64,000 bases of DNA, taken from positions 928,001-992,000 of the forward strand of contig OZ218778.1 of the NCBI GenBank assembly GCA_965112635.1. The letters are read 5' to 3'. Shown here in pieces: positions 1-9,754 of this stretch. The translations under genes and the position numbers were made by a program. The stretch is from an uncultured bacterium. GTDB lineage: Bacteria > Oederibacteriota > Oederibacteriia > Oederibacteriales > Oederibacteriaceae. Position 1 is the stretch's first letter. The number at the start of each line of letters is the position of its first letter. Under the pieces are notes generated by a model. It made no database searches, was not told the origin of the DNA, and saw only the letters and a list, made by a program, of their open reading frames with translations.

Positions 1-152
1 ACACCCTCTGCGACAACTGCCTGCTGGAGGGTTTCATGGCCAAGCAGCAGGTAATCGGCAAGGAGATCGTGGAGCGGGTCATCCAAGACCTGGGTTTTGA
101 CTGCGCGCCCGAGCCGGGTCCGGCCGCTGCTCCCCAACCGGGGACGGCTTAG
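1..152 (+). CDS. 3' end of a probable ExeA/GspA-type AAA ATPase (partial)
   Basis: My own translation gives (N)TLCDNCLLEGFMAKQQVIGKEIVERVIQDLG...TAG at 150-152, which resembles the IN.LCD.ALL C-terminal motif of ExeA-family ATPases. Confidence 0.55.
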   Translation, partial: TLCDNCLLEGFMAKQQVIGKEIVERVIQDLGFDCAPEPGPAAAPQPGTA

Positions 153-192
153 GACAGAGTTCAATCAGTCAGAAAAAGGATAAATAGAACCA

Positions 193-963
193 GTGGGAAA
201 GATCATCTCCGTAGCCAACCAAAAGGGCGGGGTCGGCAAGACGACCACGGCCATCAACCTGTCCGCCTGCCTGGCGGCCATGAAAAAAAGGACCCTTTTG
301 ATCGACCTGGACCCCCAGGGCAACGCCACCAGCGGCCTGGGGCTGGACGTGGAAAAGCTGGAGCACAGCATCTACGACTCCCTCCTGGACAAGAAGCCGA
401 TCAAGAACATCATCCAGCCTACGGAGATCACGGGGCTGGAACTCATCCCTTCGGACAAGGACCTGGCCGGGGCCGAGGTGGAGCTGGTGAGCGAACTTTC
501 CAGGGAATACCGGCTCAAGGAATGCCTCAACGACATCAAAAGCCAGTACGACTACATCCTTATCGACTGCCCTCCCTCCCTGGGACTGCTGACCATCAAC
601 GCGCTGACCGCGTCCCATTCGGTCCTCATCCCGGTGCAGTGCGAATATTACGCTCTGGAGGGCATCGGGAGGCTTTTGGGCACCGTCAGGGAGGTCAAAA
701 AGATGCTCAACCCCCTTTTAAAGATCGAGGGGGCGGTGCTGACCATGTTCGACAGCCGGACCAACTTGTCCCAGGACGTCATCGACGAGATCAGGACCAA
801 TTTTCAGGACAAGGTGTACCAGACGCTGATACCCAGGAACGTGAGGCTGAGCGAGGCGCCCAGCCACGGCAAGCCCATCATCCTTTACGACGTGAGGTCC
901 TCGGGCAGCCAGGCTTATCTGCAATTCGCCAAAGAGTTCATCGCCGGCCACGGCCAATTCTAA
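193..963 (+). CDS. parA: Chromosome partitioning ATPase ParA/Soj
   Basis: NQKGGVGKTT deviant Walker A; DLDPQGNAT, IDCPPSLG and IPRNVRLSEAPSHG motifs; GTG start. Confidence 0.97.
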   Translation: MGKIISVANQKGGVGKTTTAINLSACLAAMKKRTLLIDLDPQGNATSGLGLDVEKLEHSIYDSLLDKKPIKNIIQPTEITGLELIPSDKDLAGAEVELVSELSREYRLKECLNDIKSQYDYILIDCPPSLGLLTINALTASHSVLIPVQCEYYALEGIGRLLGTVREVKKMLNPLLKIEGAVLTMFDSRTNLSQDVIDEIRTNFQDKVYQTLIPRNVRLSEAPSHGKPIILYDVRSSGSQAYLQFAKEFIAGHGQF

Positions 964-985
964 GGAGCTAAGAGAGGGGAAGGAT

Positions 986-1855
986 ATGCCAAAAAGGGCT
1001 TTGGGCAGGGGGTTGGGAGCGCTCATCCCCACCGTATCCGTGGAAAAGGAGATCGCCTCGGCCAGACCCAGCGAGGTCAGCTTGGACTCGATCGTCCCCA
1101 ATCCTTTCCAGCCCCGGGAAGAGTTCGAGGACAGGGATTTCAACTCCCTGGTCGCGTCGGTCAAGGAGAAAGGCGTCCTGGAGCCGGTGCTGGTCAGGCC
1201 GTCCAAGGGCGGATACCAGCTCATCGCCGGTGAGCGCCGTTTCCGGGCGGCTAAAAAAGTAGGGCTAAAGTCCATCCCGGCGGTCGTCCGGGAGACCACG
1301 GACCAGGAGATGCTGATGCTGGCCCTGATCGAGAACCTCCAGCGCAGCGACCTCAACCCCATCGAGGAGGCCCTGGCCTACCAGCGGCTGATGGAAGAGT
1401 TCAAGTTCAGCCAGGAGTCCGTGGCCAGGCAGGTGGGCAAAGACCGCAGCACCATCGCCAACATGCTCAGGCTCCTGCACCTGCCCGGAGAAGTGCAGCG
1501 GATGCTCAAGGAGCGGGTCCTGTCCATGGGCCACGCCCGGGCCCTGCTGGCCCTGGAAAACTCGGAGGAGCAAAAGAACCTGGCCCGCCAGATCGTCCGC
1601 GACCAGCTCTCGGTCAGGGAAGTGGAAGAGATGATCAAGCTCAAAAAACCCGCGAGCGCCAACCACCGCCGGCCCCGGGGTAAAGGGGGCAGGCAGGACG
1701 CCCAGGTCACGGCCATGGAAGAGGAACTGCAGAGGCTGTGGGGCACCAAGGTCAAGATCAAGGCCAAGGCCCACGGCGGCGGGTCCATGGAGATCTCTTT
1801 TTATTCCCATGACGATTTCGCGAGGATCTTGGAGCTGCTCAAAGGAACCCCATGA
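986..1855 (+). CDS. parB: Chromosome partitioning protein ParB/Spo0J
   Basis: ALGRGLGAL N-terminus, PNPFQPR, IAGERRFRA and ENLQRSDLNPIEEA motifs, HTH; follows parA. Confidence 0.97.
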   Translation: MPKRALGRGLGALIPTVSVEKEIASARPSEVSLDSIVPNPFQPREEFEDRDFNSLVASVKEKGVLEPVLVRPSKGGYQLIAGERRFRAAKKVGLKSIPAVVRETTDQEMLMLALIENLQRSDLNPIEEALAYQRLMEEFKFSQESVARQVGKDRSTIANMLRLLHLPGEVQRMLKERVLSMGHARALLALENSEEQKNLARQIVRDQLSVREVEEMIKLKKPASANHRRPRGKGGRQDAQVTAMEEELQRLWGTKVKIKAKAHGGGSMEISFYSHDDFARILELLKGTP

Positions 1856-2787
1856 ACTCTTTTTTCTCACCCATGAAAAAATACTTTCCCTGCCTGATCT
1901 GCCTTATCGGCCTAGGCTGCTTGATGCTGGCCATCCTGCCGTGCTACAGCCAGACCGCGGACCAGGATTTCACGGCTCTCAAGACCATGGACAGGGGAGG
2001 GGGCCAACCCAGCGACATCATTGCCAAAGCCAATGCTTTTATCCAGGCCTACCCGGACAATTCCTATGTCCCCGAAGCCGAAGTCATCAAAACCAAGGCG
2101 CAGCTCAAAGACCCGGCTGCGTCCCAGGATAACGCCGCGGTCAAGAGCTGGCTGGACGAGGCAGACCAGTCCCTGGACCAGGTCTTTCAAAAATACTCCT
2201 TTATGGCGGTCACCAACGAGCTCAACGACTGGCTTTTCAGGGAGCAGGCCAAGATAGGGGATATCGCGGGCATGACCAAGACGGCCCAGAGGATGGACAG
2301 CCACGCCACGCCGAACGACAAAAAGCGTTACGCCGTCGTTTTGTCCGCCGGGGAGGCTTTTGCGGACGGACTGCCTGATTTTGACGAGAACAGCATCGAT
2401 AATATTCCCATCAGCACCAAAGCGAACAGGGGCAAAGTCCTGGTCCTGGATTTTTGGGCCACCTGGTGCGGACCCTGCAGGGCGGAGTTGCCCCATGTCA
2501 AAGACATTTATGCCAAATACCACGACCAAGGCCTGGAGATCATCGGTATCAGCGGCGACAATATGCCCCTTAAAGACCTTTCAGACTGGCTGCAACAGAA
2601 CGGTATCGTATGGAAGCAGTTCTGCGACCAGCAAGCCTGGCATAGCAAGCTCTTTCAGCTCTACGGGGTCCCCTATATCCCCTATACCATCGTGATAGAC
2701 CGCAGGGGAAACCTGGCGGGGCTGGACATGCGCGGCCGGGAACTGGAAGAGCGGGTAGTCCGGCTCATCGCCCAAAAAGCCGAGTAA
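1852..2787 (+). CDS. Exported TlpA/ResA-family thiol-disulfide oxidoreductase
   Basis: Hydrophobic N-terminus; C-terminal LDFWATWCGPC thioredoxin motif. Confidence 0.85.
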   Translation: MNSFFSPMKKYFPCLICLIGLGCLMLAILPCYSQTADQDFTALKTMDRGGGQPSDIIAKANAFIQAYPDNSYVPEAEVIKTKAQLKDPAASQDNAAVKSWLDEADQSLDQVFQKYSFMAVTNELNDWLFREQAKIGDIAGMTKTAQRMDSHATPNDKKRYAVVLSAGEAFADGLPDFDENSIDNIPISTKANRGKVLVLDFWATWCGPCRAELPHVKDIYAKYHDQGLEIIGISGDNMPLKDLSDWLQQNGIVWKQFCDQQAWHSKLFQLYGVPYIPYTIVIDRRGNLAGLDMRGRELEERVVRLIAQKAE

Positions 2788-3276
2788 ATGCAAGCAGCGC
2801 TCTCTCAGGATGCCGGGTTCATGGCCCAAGCCCTGGCCCAGGCCCGGCTGGCCGCCAAAAGAAATGAAGTGCCGGTCGGCGCGGTCCTGGTCAAGGACGG
2901 CAAAGTGCTCAGCCGGGCCCATAACCTCAAGGAAACCAAGGCTAATTCCCTGGCCCACGCGGAGCTTTTAGCCCTGCAAAAAGCCCACGAGAAGCTCAAG
3001 AACTGGCGTTTGACCGGATGCACCCTGTATGTCACTTTGGAACCCTGCGCCATGTGCAGCGGAGCCCTGATGGAAGCCAGGGTGGAACGGGTGGTCTTTG
3101 GGGCCAAGGACCCCAAGGCGGGCGCCGCAGGCTCGGCCCTGGACCTTTTTACCCTCGACCCTTTGAACGCCAGGGTAAAAGTCACGCCTGGGGTGCTCAG
3201 CGGGAAGTGCCAGAAGATATTAAAAGATTTTTTTAAGAAACTTAGAAGTTCAGTGAGAAAAAGAAAGGGAGGCTAG
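2788..3276 (+). CDS. tadA: tRNA adenosine(34) deaminase
   Basis: EVPVGAV, AHAE, TLEPCAMC and GAKDPKAGA motifs. Confidence 0.93.
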   Translation: MQAALSQDAGFMAQALAQARLAAKRNEVPVGAVLVKDGKVLSRAHNLKETKANSLAHAELLALQKAHEKLKNWRLTGCTLYVTLEPCAMCSGALMEARVERVVFGAKDPKAGAAGSALDLFTLDPLNARVKVTPGVLSGKCQKILKDFFKKLRSSVRKRKGG

Positions 3277-3279
3277 GAC

Positions 3280-5265
3280 ATGAAAATATCTTTGCGGGTC
3301 CCTCTGCTGGTCTGGCTGGACGACGGCCATTGCGCGGAATTGCTCACCCGGCTGGAGCGTTACCGCGAGACCGTCAAGGAGCTGGCGCTTTTCACGGGCA
3401 TGACGCACCCGGCCCTGCCGGAAAAGGTCATGATGGAGCGGGCCAAGAGGCTCAACGAGGTGATCCCCTTGTTCAAAAGGGCGGGACTTACGACCGGCAT
3501 CAACCACCTGGCCACTTTGGGTCATTTGCCGGAAAACCTTCCCAATTCCCTGAGCGAGCCCTGGCAGCGCATGGTCAACCTGGACGGGGTGGTCGGCGAC
3601 GGCGTCTACTGCAGCGCGGACCCCATGATGCAGCAGTATATCAGCCGGGTTTACGCCAGCCTGGCCCGGACCAAACCGGATTTCATCTGGATCGATGACG
3701 ATGTCAGGCTCGAAGGACACGGGGTCGGCATGGCCATGTCCTGTTTTTGCGAGCGGTGCCTGGCTGATTTTTCCAGCCAGACCAACAAGACCTGGACGCG
3801 GAAGGGTTTACAAGACGCCTTTACGGGAGGCGGCCGGGCAGAACGACTGGCCCTGCGGAAAAAATGGCTGGAGCACAACCGCCGCTATCTCGATGACCTT
3901 TTCCGTTTGATACGCACTGCCGTGGACACCGTGGATACCGGCCTTGTCCTCGGTTACATGACTTGCGATTTCACCTACAGCGGCATGGATTTTGAGCGCT
4001 GGTTCCAGACCCTGGCCGGCAAGCAGGGTAATGAGGTCAAAAACCGGCCTGGCGGAGGTTTTTATTCCGACGATATGCCGGTCGGGTTCATGGCCAAGGC
4101 GCATGTGACCGGCCGTCAGGTGGCGGCCCTGCCGGAGAGCGTGGCCGACATCCAGTACGAGCTGGAGAATTTCCCTTACCAGCGTTTGCAAAAAAGCTCG
4201 GCTGTTTTCCTGGCCGAGATCACGGCAGCCCTGGGCGTGGGCTGCACAGGCGTGGCCCTCAACTGCCTGGGCTATCCGGAGCAGATGGCCGAACTCGAGC
4301 CGTATTTTCAGTCCGTGCAGGAGCACCGGCCTTTTTTGGAGCGCTATACGGATCTGGTAGGCCAAAGCCCCTGCGAAGGCCTGTGGTTCGCCAGCCACAA
4401 GGACCGCTGCGCCAGTCTGATGCCGGACGCTGACTGGCTGCAAGCGCCTTTGTTCGGGAGCGACCTGGTCCCGGGCACGCCTTTATCGGAAATAGGCCTG
4501 CCTTTCGCTTACAAGAGCGCTAAAGCGGCCGTTACGGTCCTGATGGGTGACCAGGTGTTGTCCTTTTCCAAGGAGGAGCTTAGTCAAATGCTCGGGGCCG
4601 GTGTTTTGATGGATGGAGCGGCCCTTACGCGGGTGCAGGAAGCGGGTCTGGGAGAGCTTACAGGGTTTAAAGTCAAGGAAACCAAGGTCAGGGATGTTGT
4701 CGAGCGGTATGTGAGCGACCCCCTGGCCGCCAGGTTCTCGGGCTGGCAGCGGGACTGCCGTCAGTCCTTTTGGCCGCAGACCGCGTATATTTTAGAACCG
4801 CTTTCCAGCAAGGCCCGCGTTCTCTCCGAAGCCGTGGATTACACGCCTGTGGCCAGCGGGCCGGTGAGCGGGATATTTGAGAATAGTTCAGGAGGGCGGG
4901 TGGGTATTTTAGGCTACTACCCCTGGAACTCCATGTATTCGCTGGCCTGGACCTCGGTCCTTAAATCTTTGTGTTGCTGGCTTTCCCAGGACACCCTGCC
5001 GGCCTATGTGGAGTCGTACCATAAGGTCGGAGTATGGTGCCGCAGGACAAAAAACAGTGAGCCGGCCGTCCTGCTCATCAACCTGTCTTTGGACGAGGCC
5101 AAGGATATAGACCTGATGGTCAAAGGGTCTTTCCAGAAAGTGACCCTCATCAGCCCCGGAGCGCAGGACAAAGCGGTCAGAGGTAACCTAGACAACGGCT
5201 ACACCAGGGTCAAGATCCCCAGCCTCAGTCCCTTTAATGCCGCTATATTTGTGGCAAAATCTTAA
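3280..5265 (+). CDS. Hypothetical protein, probably a glycoside-hydrolase-like TIM barrel with a C-terminal class I GATase-like domain
   Basis: 661 aa; DFIWIDDDVR and CFCERC motifs recall GH-like barrels; family not resolved. Confidence 0.45.
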   Translation: MKISLRVPLLVWLDDGHCAELLTRLERYRETVKELALFTGMTHPALPEKVMMERAKRLNEVIPLFKRAGLTTGINHLATLGHLPENLPNSLSEPWQRMVNLDGVVGDGVYCSADPMMQQYISRVYASLARTKPDFIWIDDDVRLEGHGVGMAMSCFCERCLADFSSQTNKTWTRKGLQDAFTGGGRAERLALRKKWLEHNRRYLDDLFRLIRTAVDTVDTGLVLGYMTCDFTYSGMDFERWFQTLAGKQGNEVKNRPGGGFYSDDMPVGFMAKAHVTGRQVAALPESVADIQYELENFPYQRLQKSSAVFLAEITAALGVGCTGVALNCLGYPEQMAELEPYFQSVQEHRPFLERYTDLVGQSPCEGLWFASHKDRCASLMPDADWLQAPLFGSDLVPGTPLSEIGLPFAYKSAKAAVTVLMGDQVLSFSKEELSQMLGAGVLMDGAALTRVQEAGLGELTGFKVKETKVRDVVERYVSDPLAARFSGWQRDCRQSFWPQTAYILEPLSSKARVLSEAVDYTPVASGPVSGIFENSSGGRVGILGYYPWNSMYSLAWTSVLKSLCCWLSQDTLPAYVESYHKVGVWCRRTKNSEPAVLLINLSLDEAKDIDLMVKGSFQKVTLISPGAQDKAVRGNLDNGYTRVKIPSLSPFNAAIFVAKS

Positions 5266-5301
5266 TTACCGAATGACGCTTTGGGAAAGGAGCTTTTTTT
5301 A

Positions 5302-6576
5302 ATGAGCCAGTCAGCGTGGCAGGTCACCAAAGAAGAAAGGGAATACCTGAAAAACCTGGCGGCCAAGCAGGCCGCATACGCCAAGCTGCCGGTCATGGCC
5401 AAACGCAAGCAGCAGTGGACAGACCTCAACGACTTTAACGCCATCGTCAAACCGCCCATTGTCATCGAGACCTGGACCTTTGACCGGGATTTTATGCCAG
5501 GGTCAGTTTTCCGCTGCACCACGGAAACGGGCCGGGACATCGAGGGCCAGCTTTTAAAGCATATCCGCAACTACGAGCTTATCGGAGACGACAAAGTCAT
5601 GCCCGACACCTTTGACATCAGCTGGTTCGCGGATATAGACCAGTTCGGTATTGAGATACCGCGGGAAACCCTGCCGGACAGCCAGGGCGTGGAAACAGGC
5701 TACCGCTGGGACCATCCCATCAAGGATATTGAAAAGGATTTTGGCAAGCTCAAGCCCGTCACCTGCAAAGTGGACAGGGAAAAAACAAGGGCATGGCAGG
5801 CTTTTGTCCAGGAGATCGTGGGGGACTCCCTAGCGGTCCGGATCCGGACCTGGCCCTACGGGGCCACCATGCTGACCAATAGCGTCATCATGCTCATGGG
5901 CATGGAAAGATTTTTCACGGCCATGACCGACAACCCCGAGGCCGTGCACCGCCTGATGGCTTATTTGCGGGACAACTGCCTTTTTTCCATGCGCTGGGCG
6001 GAAAAAGAGGGGCTCCTGAGGGCCAACAGCGGGAACCAGGACAGTTTTGGCTCCAGCTACAACTTCACCCGCAGGCTGCCTCCGGACACGGAGGATGTAG
6101 CGGTCAAATTAAACCAGATGTGGGGAGCGGCCAACAGCCAGGAAACAGTCGGGATATCGCCCTCCATGTTCGGCGAATTTTGCTTTCCCTACTACGAAAA
6201 AGTGTGCGAGCCTTTGGGGCTCCTGTATTACGGCTGCTGCGAGCCGGTGCATGTCCACTGGGCCTACATCAGCCGTTTGCCCCACCTGACCAAGGTGTCC
6301 ATCTCCAAATGGTGCAACCAGCGTTTCGTGGCGGACGCGGTGAGGGGCAAGAACATCGTCATGTCCCGCAAGCCCGACCCCAACCTTTTGGGCGTCAACC
6401 CCAAGCTCGACGAAGAGGCCTGGAGCGCTCATATCCGGGAGACTTTGGAGCTCACCCAGGGCGTGCCCCTGGAAATCCTGGTCAGGGATGTTTATACGGT
6501 GCACGGCGACCTTACTAAGCCCAAGAGGGCCGTGGAACTGGCCAGGCAGGAGATAGAAAAGCACTGGAGACCGTAG
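5302..6576 (+). CDS. Uroporphyrinogen decarboxylase/methyltransferase-like barrel protein
   Basis: SQETVGISPSMFGEFCFPYY and YYGCCEP motifs; AAGGAG RBS before ATG 5302. Confidence 0.65.
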   Translation: MSQSAWQVTKEEREYLKNLAAKQAAYAKLPVMAKRKQQWTDLNDFNAIVKPPIVIETWTFDRDFMPGSVFRCTTETGRDIEGQLLKHIRNYELIGDDKVMPDTFDISWFADIDQFGIEIPRETLPDSQGVETGYRWDHPIKDIEKDFGKLKPVTCKVDREKTRAWQAFVQEIVGDSLAVRIRTWPYGATMLTNSVIMLMGMERFFTAMTDNPEAVHRLMAYLRDNCLFSMRWAEKEGLLRANSGNQDSFGSSYNFTRRLPPDTEDVAVKLNQMWGAANSQETVGISPSMFGEFCFPYYEKVCEPLGLLYYGCCEPVHVHWAYISRLPHLTKVSISKWCNQRFVADAVRGKNIVMSRKPDPNLLGVNPKLDEEAWSAHIRETLELTQGVPLEILVRDVYTVHGDLTKPKRAVELARQEIEKHWRP

Positions 6577-6645
6577 CATCTTTGGGTCAGGTTTGCCTCT
6601 TAGGATCGAGTGGTTTATGGCTCCCACAATTTATGACAAGTGTAT

Positions 6646-6700
6646 GCCGAAGCACCCTTGGCTTCGGTGCGGGTCTCGCTGGCATGAAGCCAGCGGCCCC
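6646..6700. repeat. Two adjacent GC-rich hairpins (REP-like or terminator-like)
   Basis: CCGAAGC-n7-GCTTCGG and CGCTGGC-n5-GCCAGCG in the gap between convergent genes. Confidence 0.5.
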
Positions 6701-6990
6701 GTGACAACCACCCTGGCTTCCTTTTCCGCAATTTTATCCAGGAGGGTTTTTAGCCCTGCATTTCATCCCTAGAATCAGTAAATCTGTAATCCTGGATTTG
6801 TAACTTTTACGTTTGCGTAAATGTGAAAGTGACAATTTTCAACGTCTTGGCAGGTAGCGCTAGAGCAGGGAAAAGATCAGAGGAAAATCTTGACATGTGA
6901 CTTTCAAAAAATGAAGGTTCAGTAATAAACCTGAATATTTAAATTTATTTACTTATTATCTAAGTCGCACTAACTATTAAAAATTAATTT

Positions 6991-7839
6991 TTACCAGAGA
7001 AGACCCACGTTTACATTGACTGTACTGAAGGAACCCGTTTTCATTAAATAATCAACATAGAAGTTACTACTTACAGTATCAATTTGTCTTATAACAAAAT
7101 TAAGATTTAAAAGTAGACTTAAACTATCGTTTAGCTTAAAAGCATATCCGCCGCCTAAAAGAATTCCTAGGCCTGAACCATTCGCCTGATAATTTGAATA
7201 GGTATCTTGAGCCAAAATTGATGCTAATCCTAAATCTCCCCTAAAAAATAAACCGCTGCCTATTTGTTCAAGAGGAAAATACATAGCGCTGAAAGAGTAC
7301 AAATATTGAAATAAATATAAGTGTTCGCCTGTAATAGAACTGTTATAACTATCACCTGTTCCGTTGATAATAAATCCAAGTAGCCACTGTTTTTCATCAC
7401 CTACAGGCCAATAGAAGCCTAAAAAATCTAAGCTCACAGGTAGGTCTTGTGAAGCACCCGGAACTTGCTTTACAAGATTAAGTGTGTTTTGTGTGTTTGA
7501 AGGGTATCCTACACCACTTAACCCAAGACCTAATAGGTTTGCATACCATCCTTTTTCCCAGAATTCTCTTTTTCGGTTCATTGATGAACCTGCCAAGTTT
7601 GTTACTGATCTCTTATTTTGGTTTACGCTGGCAACAGGTTTCCCATTAAGAGTACTAATGTCATTCCATTCGATTTGAAAGACCCTGTCTTCTGTGGTTT
7701 TGATTCTGACATACTCATTCAATTGAATATCTTGGATATTTCCAGATATAACTTCCCCGTCTTTTTTTATTATTTCTGCACCAAATGCAAAAGTTATATT
7801 TAATAAAATGACAAAAATAATAACCAAACATTTCTTCAT
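6991..7839 (-). CDS. AT-rich exported protein, probably an outer-membrane beta-barrel
   Basis: Signal peptide; alternating beta-strand pattern (GLGILLGGGYAF, LSLLLNLNF); ends in aromatic W; much lower GC than its flanks. Confidence 0.6.
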   Translation of the reverse strand: MKKCLVIIFVILLNITFAFGAEIIKKDGEVISGNIQDIQLNEYVRIKTTEDRVFQIEWNDISTLNGKPVASVNQNKRSVTNLAGSSMNRKREFWEKGWYANLLGLGLSGVGYPSNTQNTLNLVKQVPGASQDLPVSLDFLGFYWPVGDEKQWLLGFIINGTGDSYNSSITGEHLYLFQYLYSFSAMYFPLEQIGSGLFFRGDLGLASILAQDTYSNYQANGSGLGILLGGGYAFKLNDSLSLLLNLNFVIRQIDTVSSNFYVDYLMKTGSFSTVNVNVGLLW

Positions 7840-7972
7840 TTCCCCCCCCCGTTATTCCTATTTAAAGGCTAAAAGATATTATAGCTTGCCTGTAGTGTTC
7901 ACGTAATTCTTTCCGGTACAAAGTGTTAGGCAGGGGCCCCGCCTCCCAAAATTCCGCAATTTTTTCGCCTGA

Positions 7973-8209
7973 TTATTTGCCGATATTTTTTAAAGCCTCC
8001 CTCACTGCCTCGCATTGGTCCTGCCTGACCATCAGCACCGCCGGGCCCATCAGGACAGACCACTGGCTCAGGTATTCACCGGTAAAGTAATAGGTCTGGC
8101 CTTCCCGCAGACCGATGCTTTCCAGCATGGATTTGATGAGGGCGATTTCAGCGGCATTGGTGGTGGCTAATACCTTCTCAAATCTTTCTTCCGCCTCAGC
8201 AGAGGACAA
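7973..8209 (-). CDS. DUF2007-like small protein
   Basis: EIALIKSMLE...V.....E.VREAL pattern; GGAGG RBS with TTG start. Confidence 0.6.
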   Translation of the reverse strand: MSSAEAEERFEKVLATTNAAEIALIKSMLESIGLREGQTYYFTGEYLSQWSVLMGPAVLMVRQDQCEAVREALKNIGK

Positions 8210-8306
8210 GGCAAACCTCCTCAGTCGAACTGTAAAGTTGTATCTTCAAGCTTGCGTGCCAGCATACTTCAGCGAGATGCCGAAAGAAAAGGGAATTCGG
8301 CACCAA

Positions 8307-8894
8307 TTATTTGGCCTGTTCTTTCAGATAATTGGGCAGAAGGGACTCCAGGGCGCTTTTTTCCGTGTCTATTTTGGCGAGGGCCTCGGTGAATTCAAAA
8401 TCCTCCTCGTCCAGGGGCCAGACAATGATGGTGCTTTTTGTGGTGGAAAAGGTCTGGCCGTTGGAGCTCACGATCTTCCTGTCAGAGGGCAAGAAAAGGT
8501 AAATTTCGTCCTGGATGACCATAAAGCGGTAGTCCTTGCCGAAGGACAGAAGGATATTGGTCTTGTCCGGCTTGTTTTTGAAATCCAGGAGCGTGTAGGT
8601 CACCTTGCCGGATAAGCCCTTATTTTCCTGGTATAAGGAGCGCGACACTTCTTTAAACAATGTTGGAACGCTCTCTTCTTTATGGGACCGCAGTTCGTCC
8701 TTGAGCTTGGTCCAGTCCGCTGAGACGCTGTAGTCCTTGTTGTCCGGTTCTTTCATGGAGCAGAGGTCGTGGAAGGTCAGCTTCAGGGTGCCGGTCTTGT
8801 CGTCAAAAAGGAACGATTCGCTTTTATAGATGACGCAGCCGGAAAGGGAAAAAACAACCAGAAGCCCCAAAAGCACGATCTTTAACTTGTTCAT
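8307..8894 (-). CDS. Lipoprotein of unknown function
   Basis: AAGGAGG RBS before ATG 8894; lipobox LSGC after a hydrophobic stretch. Confidence 0.75.
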   Translation of the reverse strand: MNKLKIVLLGLLVVFSLSGCVIYKSESFLFDDKTGTLKLTFHDLCSMKEPDNKDYSVSADWTKLKDELRSHKEESVPTLFKEVSRSLYQENKGLSGKVTYTLLDFKNKPDKTNILLSFGKDYRFMVIQDEIYLFLPSDRKIVSSNGQTFSTTKSTIIVWPLDEEDFEFTEALAKIDTEKSALESLLPNYLKEQAK

Positions 8895-9000
8895 ATCTGC
8901 CTCCTTAAAATTTAGTATCGGTAATTTTAACCCCTGGCTGGAGCAGTTGCAAGAAGGCAAGTCTAGCCAGGAACAGGGCCCAGCCTTACGCGCTAAAGTG

Positions 9001-9708
9001 TCAAAAAGGAACAGCCAAAATGGTTGAGGAATAGAAATAAGAGGTGTTTTTGTCACTGCAGATCTGGCTAAGGTTATATTGGGCATAGGCGTGGCCTACG
9101 GCATAGCCCAGGGCAGCCCCAAAGACAACATCAGAAAGATAGTGGACATTGACAGCCAGACGGCAAACGCCGGTATAGCCCGCCAGCAGGAGGGTCGGCA
9201 CCCCGACCCAGGGGCCGTAAAAGTCCATGAGGCTGGCGGCGGAAGCGAACATGATGGAAGTATGGCCGGAAGGGAAAGAGGTCAGGCTGCCGTGGTCAGG
9301 CCGGTCACGCCGAAAAAGCACTTTCAAGACTTCGGTATAAATGCCGGTGGCGGCCAAAGTTTCCAGGTGGGTCTGGCCGGCTCTTTGGTCATAGGAATGG
9401 TCGCCCCAAGCTCCGGCGCAAAGGGTGCCCAGGCCAGTAATACCGCCGGCTATTCCTGTGCCCAGATAGTCGTTGCCGACGGTTTCCCAGCCTCCCAGCC
9501 GGTTGTGGCCTTTGAAATAATCTTCCACAGATTTGTCCAAATACAGGGCTCCGACTGCGGCGGCTGTCCCGGTACCCAGGATAATGAGATCGTCCTGGCT
9601 CACCAGATACTTGGAGCCGTTCCAAAAATGGTTCCACTCAGTCTCGGCCCGCAAACCCCGGCTGGTGAACAAGACTATAAGGATGAGCAATAGTTTGGTT
9701 AATTTCAT
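9001..9708 (-). CDS. PAP2-family phosphatase
   Basis: KxxxRxxRP, SFPSGH and CRLAVNVHYLSDV motifs. Confidence 0.88.
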   Translation of the reverse strand: MKLTKLLLILIVLFTSRGLRAETEWNHFWNGSKYLVSQDDLIILGTGTAAAVGALYLDKSVEDYFKGHNRLGGWETVGNDYLGTGIAGGITGLGTLCAGAWGDHSYDQRAGQTHLETLAATGIYTEVLKVLFRRDRPDHGSLTSFPSGHTSIMFASAASLMDFYGPWVGVPTLLLAGYTGVCRLAVNVHYLSDVVFGAALGYAVGHAYAQYNLSQICSDKNTSYFYSSTILAVPF

Positions 9709-9754
9709 GAGGACATCTTACAACATTTAGGAGGGTTGTTTACAGCCGGCCAAT

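Noticed and set aside
1-3300. parS palindrome or oriC/DnaA-box cluster near parAB
   Set aside because: I did not see TGTTTCACGTGAAACA-like or clustered TTATCCACA sequences; this was a by-eye scan only.
6940-6975. dif-like or integron attC-like site after the AT-rich gene
   Set aside because: Only a partial XerC-arm resemblance (TAAGTCGCACT); no proper XerD arm or attC R''/R' pairing.
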